Shown in pieces: positions 42,001 to 57,550 of a DNA stretch of 64,000 nucleotides (the first letter of the stretch is position 1; the number at the start of each line of letters is the position of its first letter). The stretch spans positions 19,220,001-19,284,000 of the forward strand of contig OZ059899.1 of NCBI GenBank assembly GCA_964057225.1, given 5' to 3'. The position numbers were made by a program, and so were the translations under genes. The notes under the pieces were generated by a model. The model saw nothing but the letters and a program-made list of their open reading frames with translations, was not told the DNA's origin and ran no database searches. The stretch comes from Auanema rhodensis (taxonomy: Eukaryota; Animalia; Nematoda).

Positions 42001-43119
42001 TTACGTGAACTTTAATTTATGCTAATTAAACGTACACGTGGTGTGCACTCGGTATGTAACTCGCTTCACGTGAAAGATAAAGAGATGCGGTTTTCAAAAT
42101 TAGATTCCCCATGTCCATATTAGTCTAAAAACAAATTTTTATTGATATTGGTGCATGGTAACCATGACTTTGAAATTTACGTGAACTTTAATTTATGCTA
42201 CATAAATGTACACGTGATGTGCACTTGGTATGTAACTCGCTTCACGTGAAAGATAAAAAGATGCGGTTTTTAAAATTAGATTCCCCATGTCCATATTAGT
42301 CTAAAAACAAATTTTTATTGATATTGGTGCATGGTAACCATGACTTTGAAATTTACGTGAACTTTAATTTATGCTAATTAAACGTACACGTGATGTGCAC
42401 TTGGTATGTAACTCGCTTCACGTAAAAGATGAAGAGATGCGGTTTTTAAAATTAGATTCCCCATGTCCATATTAGTCTAAAAACAAATTTTTATTGATAT
42501 TGGTGCATGGTAACCATGATTTTGAAATTTACGTGAACTTTAATTTATGCTAATTGAATGTACACGTGGTGTGCACTCGGTATGTAACTCGCTTCACGTG
42601 AAAGATAAAGAGATGCAGTTATCAAAATTAGATTCCCCATGTCCATATTAGTCTAAAAACAAATTTTTATTGATATTGGTGCATGGTAACCATGACTTTG
42701 AAATTTACGTGAACTTTAATTTATGCTAATTAAACGTACACGTGTTGTGCACTCGGTATGTAACTCGCTTCACGTGGAAGATAAAGAGATGCGGTTTTCA
42801 AAATTAGATTCCCCATGTCCATATTAGTCTAAAAACAATTTTTCACTGATATTGGTGCATGGTAACCATGATTTTGAAATTTACGTGAACTTTAATTTAT
42901 GCTACATAAATGTACACGTGATGTGCACTTGGTATGTAACTCGCTTCACGTGAAAGATAAAAAGATGCGGTTTTTAAAATTAGATTCCCCATGTCCATAT
43001 TAGTCAAAAACCAATTGTTTACTGATATTGGTGCATGGTAACCATGATTTTGAAATTTACGTGAACTTTAATTTATGCTAATTAAACGTACACGTGGTGT
43101 GCACTCGGTATGTAACTCG

Positions 43120-46100
43120 CTTCACGTGAAAGATAAAGAGATGCGGTTTTCAAAATTAGATTCCCCATGTCCATATTAGTCTAAAAACAATTTTTCACTG
43201 ATATTGGTGCATGGTAACCATGATTTTGACATTTACGTGAACTTTAATTTATGCTAATTAAACGTACACGTGATGTGCACTTGGTATGTAACTCGCTTCA
43301 CGTGAAAGATAAAGAGATGCGGTTTTCAAAATTAGATTCCCCATGTCCATATTAGTCTAAAAACAAATTTTTATTGATATTGGTGCATGGTAACCATGAC
43401 TTTGAAATTTACGTGAACTTTAATTTATGCTACATAAATGTACACGTGATGTGCACTTGGTATGTAACTCGCTTCACGTGAAAGATAAAAAGATGCGGTT
43501 TTTAAAATTAGATTCCCCATGTCCATTTTAGTCTAAAAACAATTGTTTACTGATATTGGTGCATGGTAACCATGATTTTGAAATTTACGTGAACTTTAAT
43601 TTATGCTAATTAAACGTACACGTGGTGTGCACTCGGTATGTAACTCGCTTCACGTGAAAGATAAAGAGATGCGGTTTTCAAAATTAGATTCCCCATGTCC
43701 ATTTTAGTCTAAAAACAAATTTTTATTGATATTGGTGCATGGTAACCATGACTTTGAAATTTACGTGAACTTTAATTTATGCTAATTGAATGTACACGTG
43801 GTGTGCACTCGGTATGTAACTCGCTTCACGTGAAAGATAAAGAGATGCAGTTATCAAAATTAGATTCCCCATGTCCATATTAGTCTAAAAACAAATTTTT
43901 ATTGATATTGGTGCATGGTAACCATGACTTTGAAATTTACGTGAACTCTAATTTATGCTAATTAAACGTACACGTGTTGTGCACTCGGTATGTAACTCGC
44001 TTCACGTGGAAGATAAAGAGATGCGGTTTTCAAAATTAGATTCCCCATGTCCATATTAGTCTAAAAACAATTTTTCACTGATATTGGTGCATGGTAACCA
44101 TGATTTTGAAATTTACGTGAACTTTAATTTATGCTAATTAAACGTACACGTGGTGTGCACTCGGTATGTAACTCGCTTCACGTGAAAGATAAAGAGATGC
44201 GGTTTTCAAAACTAGATTCCCCATGTCCATATTAGTCTAAAAACAAATTTGTATTGATATTGGTGCATGGTAACCATGATTTTGAAATTTACGTGAACTT
44301 TAATTTATGCTACATAAATGTACACGTGGTGTGCACTCGGTATGTAACTCGCTTCACGTGAAAGATAAAGAGATGCGGTTTTCAAAATTAGATTCCCCAT
44401 GTCCATATTAGTCTAAAAACAAATTTTTATTGATATTGGTGCATGGTAACCATGACTTTGAAATTTACGTGAACTTTAATTTATGCTACATAAATGTACA
44501 CGTGATGTGCACTTGGTATGTAACTCGCTTCACGTGAAAGATAAAAAGATGCGGTTTTCAAAATTAGATTCCCCATGTCCATATTAGTCTAAAAACAATT
44601 TTTTACTGATATTGGTGCATGGTAACCATGACTTTGAAATTTACGTGAACTTTAATTTATGCTAATTAAACGTACACGTGGTGTGCACTCGGTATGTAAC
44701 TCGCTTCACGTGTAAGATAAAGAGATGCGGTTTTCAAAATTAGATTCCCCATGTCCATATTAGTCTAAAAACAAATTTTTATTGATATTGGTGCATGGTA
44801 ACCATGACTTTGAAATTTACGTGAACTTTAATTTATGCTACATAAATGTACACGTGATGTGCACTCGGTATGTAACTCGCTTCACGTGAAAGATAAAGAG
44901 ATGCGGTTTTCAAAATTAGATTCCCCATGTCCATATTAGTCTAAAAACAAATTTTTATTGATATTGGTGCATGGTAACCATGACTTTGAATTTTACGTGA
45001 ACTTTAATTTATGCTAATTAAACGTACACGTGGTGTGCACTCGGTATGTAACTCGCTTCACGTGTAAGATAAAGAGATGCGGTTTTCAAAATTAGATTCC
45101 CCATGTCCATATTAGTCTAAAAACAAATTTTTATTGATATTGGTGCATGGTAACCATGACTTTGAAATTTACGTGAACTTTAATTTATGCTACATAAATG
45201 TACACGTGATGTGCACTTGGTATGTAACTCGCTTCACGTGAAAGATAAAAAGATGCGGTTTTTAAAATTAGATTCCCCATGTCCATATTAGTCTAAAAAC
45301 AAATTTTTATTGATATTGGTGCATGGTAACCATGACTTTGAAATTTACGTGAACTTTAATTTATGCTAATTAAACGTACACGTGATGTGCACTTGGTATG
45401 TAATTCGCTTCACGTGAAAGATAAAGAGATGCGGTTTCTAAAATTAGATTCCCCATGTCCATATTAGTCTAAAAACAAATTTTTATTGATATTGGTGCAT
45501 GGTAACCATGATTTTGAAATTTACGTGAACTTTAATTTATGCTAATTGAATGTACACGTGGTGTGCACTCGGTATGTAACTCGCTTCACGTGAAAGATAA
45601 AGAGATGCAGTTATCAAAATTAGATTCCCCATGTCCATATTAGTCTAAAAACAAATTTTTACTGATATTGGTGCATGGTAACCATGACTTTGAAATTTAC
45701 GTGAACTTTAATTTATGCTAATTAAACGTACACGTGTTGTGCACTCGGTATGTAACTCGCTTCACGTGGAAGATAAAGAGATGCGGTTTTCAAAATTAGA
45801 TTCCCCATGTCCATATTAGTCTAAAAACAATTTTTTACTGATATTGGTGCATGGTAACCATGATTTTGAAATTTACGTGAACTTTAATTTATGCTAATTA
45901 AACGTACACGTGATGTGCACTTGGTATGTAACTCGCTTCACGTGAAAGATAAAGAGATGCGGTTTCTAAAATTAGATTCCCCATGTCCATATTAGTCTAA
46001 AACCAATTTTTTACTGATATTGGTGCATGGTAACCATGATTTTGAAATTTACGTGAACTTTAATTTATGCTAATTAAACGTACACGTGGTGTGCACTCGG

Positions 46101-49100
46101 TATGTAACTCGCTTCACGTGAAAGATAAAGAGATGCGGTTTTCAAAATTAGATTCCCCATGTCCATATTAGTCTAAAAACAAATTTTTATTGATATTGGT
46201 GCATGGTAACCATGACTTTGAAATTTACGTGAACTTTAATTTATGCTAATTAAACGTACACGTGGTGTGCACTCGGTATGTAACTCGCTTCACGTGAAAG
46301 ATAAAGAGATGCAGTTATCAAAATTAGATTCCCCATGTCCATATTAGTCTAAAAACAATTTTTCACTGATATTGGTGCATGGTAACCATGATTTTGAAAT
46401 TTACGTGAACTTTAATTTATGCTAATTAAACGTACACGTGATGTGCACTTGGTATGTAACTCGCTTCACGTGAAAGATAAAGAGATGCGGTTTCTAAAAT
46501 TAGATTCCCCATGTCCATATTAGTCTAAAAACAATTTTTTATTGATATTGATGCATGGTAACCATGATTTTGAAATATACGTGAACTTTAATTTATGCTA
46601 ATTAAACGTACACGTGGTGTGCACTCGGTATGTAACTCGCTTCACGTGAAAGATGAAGAGATGCGGTTTTTAAAATTAGATTCCCCATGTCCATATTAGT
46701 CTAAAAACAAATTTGTATTGATATTGGTGCATGGTAACCATGATTTTGAAATTTACGTGAACTTTAATTTATGCTACATAAATGTACACGTGGTGTGCAC
46801 TCGGTATGTAACTCGCTTCACGTGAAAGATAAAGAGATGCGGTTTTCAAAATTAGATTCCCCATGTCCATATTAGTCTAAAAACAAATTTTTATTGATAT
46901 TGGTGCATGGTAACCATGACTTTGAAATTTACGTGAACTTTAATTTATGCTACATAAATGTACACGTGATGTGCACTTGGTATGTAACTCGCTTCACGTG
47001 AAAGATAAAGAGATGCGGTTTTCAAAATTAGATTCCCCATGTCCATATTAGTCTAAAAACAAATTTTTATTGATATTGGTGCATGGTAACCATGACTTTG
47101 AATTTTACGTGAACTTTAATTTATGCTAATTAAACGTACACGTGGTATGCACTCGGTATGTAACTCGCTTCACGTGTAAGATAAAGAGATGCGGTTTTCA
47201 AAATTAGATTCCCCATGTCCATATTAGTCTAAAAACAAATTTTTATTGATATTGGTGCATGGTAACCATGACTTTGAAATTTACGTGAACTTTAATTTAT
47301 GCTACATAAATGTACACGTGATGTGCACTTGGTATGTAACTCGCTTCACGTGAAAGATAAAGAGATGCGGTTTTCAAAATTAGATTCCCCATGTCCATAT
47401 TAGTCTAAAAACAAATTTTTATTGATATTGGTGCATGGTAACCATGACTTTGAAATTTACGTGAACTTTAATTTATGCTAATTAAACGTACACGTGGTGT
47501 GCACTCGGTATGTAACTCGCTTCACGTGAAAGATAAAGAGATGCGGTTTTCAAAATTAGATTCCCCATGTCCATATTAGTCTAAAAACAATTTTTCACTG
47601 ATATTGGTGCATGGTAACCATGATTTTGACATTTACGTGAACTTTAATTTATGCTAATTAAACGTACACGTGATGTGCACTTGGTATGTAACTCGCTTCA
47701 CGTGAAAGATAAAGAGATGCGGTTTTCAAAATTAGATTCCCCATGTCCATATTAGTCTAAAAACAAATTTTTATTGATATTGGTGCATGGTAACCATGAC
47801 TTTGAAATTTACGTGAACTTTAATTTATGCTACATAAATGTACACGTGATGTGCACTTGGTATGTAACTCGCTTCACGTGAAAGATAAAAAGATGCGGTT
47901 TTTAAAATTAGATTCCCCATGTCCATTTTAGTCTAAAAACAATTGTTTACTGATATTGGTGCATGGTAACCATGATTTTGAAATTTACGTGAACTTTAAT
48001 TTATGCTAATTAAACGTACACGTGGTGTGCACTCGGTATGTAACTCGCTTCACGTGAAAGATAAAGAGATGCGGTTTTCAAAATTAGATTCCCCATGTCC
48101 ATTTTAGTCTAAAAACAAATTTTTATTGATATTGGTGCATGGTAACCATGACTTTGAAATTTACGTGAACTTTAATTTATGCTAATTGAATGTACACGTG
48201 GTGTGCACTCGGTATGTAACTCGCTTCACGTGAAAGATAAAGAGATGCAGTTATCAAAATTAGATTCCCCATGTCCATATTAGTCTAAAAACAAATTTTT
48301 ATTGATATTGGTGCATGGTAACCATGACTTTGAAATTTACGTGAACTCTAATTTATGCTAATTAAACGTACACGTGTTGTGCACTCGGTATGTAACTCGC
48401 TTCACGTGGAAGATAAAGAGATGCGGTTTTCAAAATTAGATTCCCCATGTCCATATTAGTCTAAAAACAATTTTTCACTGATATTGGTGCATGGTAACCA
48501 TGATTTTGAAATTTACGTGAACTTTAATTTATGCTAATTAAACGTACACGTGGTGTGCACTCGGTATGTAACTCGCTTCACGTGAAAGATAAAGAGATGC
48601 GGTTTTCAAAACTAGATTCCCCATGTCCATATTAGTCTAAAAACAAATTTGTATTGATATTGGTGCATGGTAACCATGATTTTGAAATTTACGTGAACTT
48701 TAATTTATGCTACATAAATGTACACGTGGTGTGCACTCGGTATGTAACTCGCTTCACGTGAAAGATAAAGAGATGCGGTTTTCAAAATTAGATTCCCCAT
48801 GTCCATATTAGTCTAAAAACAAATTTTTATTGATATTGGTGCATGGTAACCATGACTTTGAAATTTACGTGAACTTTAATTTATGCTACATAAATGTACA
48901 CGTGATGTGCACTTGGTATGTAACTCGCTTCACGTGAAAGATAAAGAGATGCGGTTTTCAAAATTAGATTCCCCATGTCCATTTTAGTCTAAAAACAAAT
49001 TTTTATTGATATTGGTGCATGGTAACCATGACTTTGAAATTTACGTGAACTTTAATTTATGCTACATAAATGTACACGTGATGTGCACTTGGTATGTAAC

Positions 49101-52100
49101 TCGCTTCACGTGAAAGATAAAAAGATGCGGTTTTTAAAATTAGATTCCCCATGTCCATATTAGTCTAAAAACAAATTTTTATTGATATTGGTGCATGGTA
49201 ACCATGACTTTGAAATTTACGTGAACTTTAATTTATGCTAATTAAACGTACACGTGATGTGCACTTGGTATGTAACTCGCTTCACGTGAAAGATAAAGAG
49301 ATGCGGTTTCTAAAATTAGATTCCCCATGTCCATATTAGTCTAAAAACAAATTTTTATTGATATTGGTGCATGGTAACCATGATTTTGAAATTTACGTGA
49401 ACTTTAATTTATGCTAATTGAATGTACACGTGGTGTGCACTCGGTATGTAACTCGCTTCACGTGAAAGATAAAGAGATGCAGTTATCAAAATTAGATTCC
49501 CCATGTCCATATTAGTCTAAAAACAAATTTTTACTGATATTGGTGCATGGTAACCATGACTTTGAAATTTACGTGAACTTTAATTTATGCTAATTAAACG
49601 TACACGTGTTGTGCACTCGGTATGTAACTCGCTTCACGTGGAAGATAAAGAGATGCGGTTTTCAAAATTAGATTCCCCATGTCCATATTAGTCTAAAAAC
49701 AATTTTTTACTGATATTGGTGCATGGTAACCATGATTTTGAAATTTACGTGAACTTTAATTTATGCTAATTAAACGTACACGTGATGTGCACTTGGTATG
49801 TAACTCGCTTCACGTGAAAGATAAAGAGATGCGGTTTCTAAAATTAGATTCCCCATGTCCATATTAGTCTAAAACCAATTTTTTACTGATATTGGTGCAT
49901 GGTAACCATGATTTTGAAATTTACGTGAACTTTAATTTATGCTAATTAAACGTACACGTGGTGTGCACTCGGTATGTAACTCGCTTCACGTGAAAGATAA
50001 AGAGATGCGGTTTTCAAAATTAGATTCCCCATGTCCATATTAGTCTAAAAACAAATTTTTATTGATATTGGTGCATGGTAACCATGACTTTGAAATTTAC
50101 GTGAACTTTAATTTATGCTAATTAAACGTACACGTGGTGTGCACTCGGTATGTAACTCGCTTCACGTGAAAGATAAAGAGATGCAGTTATCAAAATTAGA
50201 TTCCCCATGTCCATATTAGTCTAAAAACAATTTTTCACTGATATTGGTGCATGGTAACCATGATTTTGAAATTTACGTGAACTTTAATTTATGCTAATTA
50301 AACGTACACGTGATGTGCACTTGGTATGTAACTCGCTTCACGTGAAAGATAAAGAGATGCGGTTTCTAAAATTAGATTCCCCATGTCCATATTAGTCTAA
50401 AAACAATTTTTTATTGATATTGATGCATGGTAACCATGATTTTGAAATATACGTGAACTTTAATTTATGCTAATTAAACGTACACGTGGTGTGCACTCGG
50501 TATGTAACTCGCTTCACGTGAAAGATGAAGAGATGCGGTTTTTAAAATTAGATTCCCCATGTCCATATTAGTCTAAAAACAAATTTGTATTGATATTGGT
50601 GCATGGTAACCATGATTTTGAAATTTACGTGAACTTTAATTTATGCTACATAAATGTACACGTGGTGTGCACTCGGTATGTAACTCGCTTCACGTGAAAG
50701 ATAAAGAGATGCGGTTTTCAAAATTAGATTCCCCATGTCCATATTAGTCTAAAAACAAATTTTTATTGATATTGGTGCATGGTAACCATGACTTTGAAAT
50801 TTACGTGAACTTTAATTTATGCTACATAAATGTACACGTGATGTGCACTTGGTATGTAACTCGCTTCACGTGAAAGATAAAGAGATGCGGTTTTCAAAAT
50901 TAGATTCCCCATGTCCATATTAGTCTAAAAACAAATTTTTATTGATATTGGTGCATGGTAACCATGACTTTGAATTTTACGTGAACTTTAATTTATGCTA
51001 ATTAAACGTACACGTGGTGTGCACTCGGTATGTAACTCGCTTCACGTGTAAGATAAAGAGATGCGGTTTTCAAAATTAGATTCCCCATGTCCATATTAGT
51101 CTAAAAACAAATTTTTATTGATATTGGTGCATGGTAACCATGACTTTGAAATTTACGTGAACTTTAATTTATGCTACATAAATGTACACGTGATGTGCAC
51201 TTGGTATGTAACTCGCTTCACGTGAAAGATAAAGAGATGCGGTTTTCAAAATTAGATTCCCCATGTCCATATTAGTCTAAAAACAAATTTTTATTGATAT
51301 TGGTGCATGGTAACCATGACTTTGAAATTTACGTGAACTTTAATTTATGCTAATTAAACGTACACGTGGTGTGCACTCGGTATGTAACTCGCTTCACGTG
51401 AAAGATAAAGAGATGCGGTTTTCAAAATTAGATTCCCCATGTCCATATTAGTCTAAAAACAATTTTTCACTGATATTGGTGCATGGTAACCATGATTTTG
51501 ACATTTACGTGAACTTTAATTTATGCTAATTAAACGTACACGTGATGTGCACTTGGTATGTAACTCGCTTCACGTGAAAGATAAAGAGATGCGGTTTTCA
51601 AAATTAGATTCCCCATGTCCATATTAGTCTAAAAACAAATTTTTATTGATATTGGTGCATGGTAACCATGACTTTGAAATTTACGTGAACTTTAATTTAT
51701 GCTACATAAATGTACACGTGATGTGCACTTGGTATGTAACTCGCTTCACGTGAAAGATAAAAAGATGCGGTTTTTAAAATTAGATTCCCCATGTCCATTT
51801 TAGTCTAAAAACAATTGTTTACTGATATTGGTGCATGGTAACCATGATTTTGAAATTTACGTGAACTTTAATTTATGCTAATTAAACGTACACGTGGTGT
51901 GCACTCGGTATGTAACTCGCTTCACGTGAAAGATAAAGAGATGCGGTTTTCAAAATTAGATTCCCCATGTCCATTTTAGTCTAAAAACAAATTTTTATTG
52001 ATATTGGTGCATGGTAACCATGACTTTGAAATTTACGTGAACTTTAATTTATGCTAATTGAATGTACACGTGGTGTGCACTCGGTATGTAACTCGCTTCA

Positions 52101-53640
52101 CGTGAAAGATAAAGAGATGCAGTTATCAAAATTAGATTCCCCATGTCCATATTAGTCTAAAAACAAATTTTTATTGATATTGGTGCATGGTAACCATGAC
52201 TTTGAAATTTACGTGAACTCTAATTTATGCTAATTAAACGTACACGTGTTGTGCACTCGGTATGTAACTCGCTTCACGTGGAAGATAAAGAGATGCGGTT
52301 TTCAAAATTAGATTCCCCATGTCCATATTAGTCTAAAAACAATTTTTCACTGATATTGGTGCATGGTAACCATGATTTTGAAATTTACGTGAACTTTAAT
52401 TTATGCTAATTAAACGTACACGTGGTGTGCACTCGGTATGTAACTCGCTTCACGTGAAAGATAAAGAGATGCGGTTTTCAAAACTAGATTCCCCATGTCC
52501 ATATTAGTCTAAAAACAAATTTGTATTGATATTGGTGCATGGTAACCATGATTTTGAAATTTACGTGAACTTTAATTTATGCTACATAAATGTACACGTG
52601 GTGTGCACTCGGTATGTAACTCGCTTCACGTGAAAGATAAAGAGATGCGGTTTTCAAAATTAGATTCCCCATGTCCATATTAGTCTAAAAACAAATTTTT
52701 ATTGATATTGGTGCATGGTAACCATGACTTTGAAATTTACGTGAACTTTAATTTATGCTACATAAATGTACACGTGATGTGCACTTGGTATGTAACTCGC
52801 TTCACGTGAAAGATAAAAAGATGCGGTTTTCAAAATTAGATTCCCCATGTCCATATTAGTCTAAAAACAATTTTTTACTGATATTGGTGCATGGTAACCA
52901 TGACTTTGAAATTTACGTGAACTTTAATTTATGCTAATTAAACGTACACGTGGTGTGCACTCGGTATGTAACTCGCTTCACGTGTAAGATAAAGAGATGC
53001 GGTTTTCAAAATTAGATTCCCCATGTCCATATTAGTCTAAAAACAAATTTTTATTGATATTGGTGCATGGTAACCATGACTTTGAAATTTACGTGAACTT
53101 TAATTTATGCTACATAAATGTACACGTGATGTGCACTCGGTATGTAACTCGCTTCACGTGAAAGATAAAGAGATGCGGTTTTCAAAATTAGATTCCCCAT
53201 GTCCATATTAGTCTAAAAACAAATTTTTATTGATATTGGTGCATGGTAACCATGACTTTGAATTTTACGTGAACTTTAATTTATGCTAATTAAACGTACA
53301 CGTGGTGTGCACTCGGTATGTAACTCGCTTCACGTGTAAGATAAAGAGATGCGGTTTTCAAAATTAGATTCCCCATGTCCATATTAGTCTAAAAACAAAT
53401 TTTTATTGATATTGGTGCATGGTAACCATGACTTTGAAATTTACGTGAACTTTAATTTATGCTACATAAATGTACACGTGATGTGCACTTGGTATGTAAC
53501 TCGCTTCACGTGAAAGATAAAAAGATGCGGTTTTTAAAATTAGATTCCCCATGTCCATATTAGTCTAAAAACAAATTTTTATTGATATTGGTGCATGGTA
53601 ACCATGACTTTGAAATTTACGTGAACTTTAATTTATGCTA
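43120..53640. repeat. 25/22-monomer higher-order repeat, about 2.5 copies (43120-47519, 47520-51391, 51392-~53640)
   Basis: Private variants TGACATTT 43230/47630/51502, AACTCTA 43948/48348/52220 and AACTAGATT 44212/48612/52484 are spaced 4400 (25x176) and 3872 (22x176) apart. TTGATGCA occurs at 46551/50423. Confidence 0.92.
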
Positions 53641-53679
53641 ATTAAACGTACACGTGGTGTGCACTCGGTATGTAACTCG

Positions 53680-56600
53680 CTTCACGTGAAAGATAAAGAG
53701 ATGCGGTTTTCAAAATTAGATTCCCCATGTCCATATTAGTCTAAAAACAAATTTTTTTTGATATTGGTGCATGGTAACCATGATTTTGAAATTTACGTGA
53801 ACTTTAATTTATGCTAATTAAATGTACACGTGATGTGCACTCGGTATGTAACTCGCTTCACGTGAAAGATAAAGAGATGCGGTTTTCAAAATTAGATTCC
53901 CCATGTCCATATTAGTCTAAAAACAATTTTTTTTTGATATTGGTGCATGGTAACCATGACTTTGAATTTTACGTGAACTTTAATTTAAGCTAATTAAACG
54001 TACACGTGGTGTGCACTCGGTATGTAACTCGCTTCACGTGAAAGATAAAGAGATGCGGTTTTCAAAATGAGATTCCCCATGTCCATATTAGTCTAAAAAC
54101 AAATTTTTATTGATATTGGTGAATGGTAACCATGACTTTGAAATTTACGTGAACTTTAATTTATGCTACATAAATGTACACGTGATGTGCACTTGGTATG
54201 TAACTCGCTTCACGTGAAAGATAAAAAGATGCGCTTTTTAAAATTATATTCCCCATGTCCATATTAGTCTAAAAACAATTTTTTACTGATATTGGTGCAT
54301 GGTAACCATGACTTTGAAATTTACGTGAACTTTAATTTATGCTAATTAAACGTACACGTGGTGTGCACTCGGTATGTAACTCGCTTCACGTGTAAGATAA
54401 AGAGATGCGGTTTTCAAAATTAGATTCCCCATGTCCATATTAGTCTGAAAACAAATTTTTATTGATATTGGTGCATGGTAACCATGACTTTGAAATTTAC
54501 GTGAACTTTAATTTATGCTAATTAAACGTACACGTGGTGTGCACTCGGTATGTAACTAGCTTCACGTGTAAGATAAAGAGATGCGGTTTTCAAAATTAGA
54601 TTCCCCATGTCCATATTAGTCTAAAAACAAATTTTTATTGATATTGGTGCATGGTAACCATGATTTTGAAATTTACGTGAACTTTAATTTATGCTAATTA
54701 AATGTACACGTGGTGTGCACTCGGTATGTAACTCGCTTCACGTGAAAGATAAAGAGATGCAGTTATCAAAATTAGATTCCCCATGTCCATATTAGTCTAA
54801 AAACAAATTTTTATTGATATTGGTGTATGGTAACCATGACTTTGAAATTTACGTGAACTTTAATTTATGCTAATTAAATGTACACGTGGTGTGCACTCGG
54901 TATGTAACTCGCTTCACGTGAAAGATAAAGAGATGCAGTTATCAAAATTAGATTCCCCATGTCCATATTAGTCTAAAAACAAATTTTTATTGATATTGGT
55001 GCATGGTAACCATGACTTTGAAATTTACGTGAACTTTAATTTATGCTAATTAAACGTACACGTGTTGTGCACTCGGTATGTAACTCGCTTCACGTGGAAG
55101 ATAAAGAGATGCGGTTTTCAAAATTAGATTCTTCATGTCCATATTAGTCTAAAAACAATTTTTTACTGATATTGGTGCATGGTAACCATGATTTTGAAAT
55201 TTACGTGAACTTTAATTTATGCTAATTAAACGTACACGTGATGTGCACTTGGTATGTAACTCGCTTCACGTGAAAGATAAAGAGATGCAGTTTTTAAAAT
55301 TAGATTCCGCATGTCCATATTAGTCTAAAAACAATTTTTTACTGATATTGGTGCATGGTAACCATGATTTTGAATTTCACGTGAACTTTAATTTAAGCTA
55401 ATTAAACGTACACGTGGTGTGCACTCGGTATGTAACTCGCTTCACGTGAAAGATAAAGAGATGCGGTTTTCAAAATGAGATTCCCCATGTCCATATTAGT
55501 CTAAAAACAAATTTTTATTGATATTGGTGCATGGTAACCATGACTTTGAAATTTACGTGAACTTTAATTTATGCTAATTAAACGTACACGTGGTGTGCAC
55601 TCGGTATGTAACTAGCTTCACGTGTAAGATAAAGAGATGCGGTTTTTAAAATTAGATTCCCCATGTCCATATTAGTCTAAAAACAAATTTTTATTGATAT
55701 TGGTGCATGGTAACCATGATTTTGAAATTTACGTGAACTTTAATTTATGCTAATTAAATGTACACGTGGTGTGCACTCGGTATGTAACTCGCTTCACGTG
55801 AAAGATAAAGAGATGCAGTTATCAAAATTAGATTCCCCATGTCCATATTAGTCTAAAAACAAATTTTTATTGATATTGGTGCATGGTAACCATGACTTTG
55901 AAATTTACGTGAACTTTAATTTATGCTAATTAAATGTACACGTGGTGTGCACTCGGTATGTAACTCGCTTCACGTGAAAGATAAAGAGATGCAGTTATCA
56001 AAATTAGATTCCCCATGTCCATATTAGTCTAAAAACAAATTTTTATTGATATTGGTGCATGGTAACCATGACTTTGAAATTTACGTGAACTTTAATTTAT
56101 GCTAATTAAACGTACACGTGTTGTGCACTCGGTATGTAACTCGCTTCACGTGGAAGATAAAGAGATGCGGTTTTCAAAATTAGATTCTTCATGTCCATAT
56201 TAGTCTAAAAACAATTTTTTACTGATATTGGTGCATGGTAACCATGATTTTGAAATTTACGTGAACTTTAATTTATGCTAATTAAACGTACACGTGATGT
56301 GCACTTGGTATGTAACTCGCTTCACGTGAAAGATAAAGAGATGCGGTTTTTAAAATTAGATTCCGCATGTCCATATTAGTCTAAAAACAATTTTTTACTG
56401 ATATTGGTGCATGGTAACCATGATTTTGAAATTTACGTGAACTTTAATTTATGCTAATTAAACGTACACGTGGTGTGCACTCGGTATGTAACTCGCTTCA
56501 CGTGAAAGATAAAGAGATGCGGTTCTCAAAATTAGATTCCCCATGTCCATATTAGTCTAAAAACAAATTTTTTTTGATATTGGTGTATGGTAACCATGAT

Positions 56601-57550
56601 TTTGAAATTTACGTGAACTTTAATTTATGCTAATTAAACGTACACGTGGTGTGCACTCGGTATGTAACTCGCTTCACGTGAAAGATAAAGAGATGCGGTT
56701 TTCAAAATTAGATTCTTCATGTCCATATTAGTCTAAAAACAATTTTTTACTGATATTGGTGCATGGTAACCATGATTTTGAAATTTACGTGAACTTTAAT
56801 TTATGCTAATTAAACGTACACGTGATGTGCACTTGGTATGTAACTCGCTTCACGTGAAAGATAAAGAGATGCGGTTTTTAAAATTAGATTCCGCATGTCC
56901 ATATTAGTCTAAAAACAATTTTTTACTGATATTGGTGCATGGTAACCATGATTTTGAAATTTACGTGAACTTTAATTTATGCTAATAAAACGTACACGTG
57001 GTGTGCACTCGGTATGTAACTCGCTTCACGTGAAAGATAAAGAGATGCGGTTCTCAAAATTAGATTCCCCATGTCCATATTAGTCTAAAAACAAATTTTT
57101 TTTGATATTGGTGTATGGTAACCATGATTTTGAAATTTACGTGAACTTTAATTTATGCTAATTAAATGTACACGTGGTGTGCACTCGGTATGTAACTCGC
57201 TTCACGTGAAAGATAAAGAGATGCGGTTTTCAAAATTAGATTCCCCATGTCCATATTAGTCTAAAAACAAATTTTTATTGATATTGGTGCATGGTAACCA
57301 TGACTTTGAATTTTACGTGAACTTTAATTTATGCTAATTAAACGTACACGTGGTGTGCATTCGGTATGTAACTCGCTTCACGTGAAAGATAAAGAGATGC
57401 GGTTTTCAAAATTAGATTCCCCATGTCCATATTAGTCTAAAAACAAATTTTTATTGATATTGGTGCATGGTAACCATGACTTTGAAATTTACGTGAACTT
57501 TAATTTATGCTAATTAAACGTACACGTGATGTGCACTTGGTATGTAACTC
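53680..57550. repeat. Island of domain-A-type monomers containing an internal 8-monomer-offset duplication
   Basis: GCGCTTTTT, TCTGAAAA, AACTAG, TTCTTCATG, CCGCATG and GGTTCTC reappear after being absent from ~41-53.6 kb. Private variants AATTTAAGC 53988/55396 and AAATGAGA 54069/55477 are 1408 apart. Confidence 0.82.
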
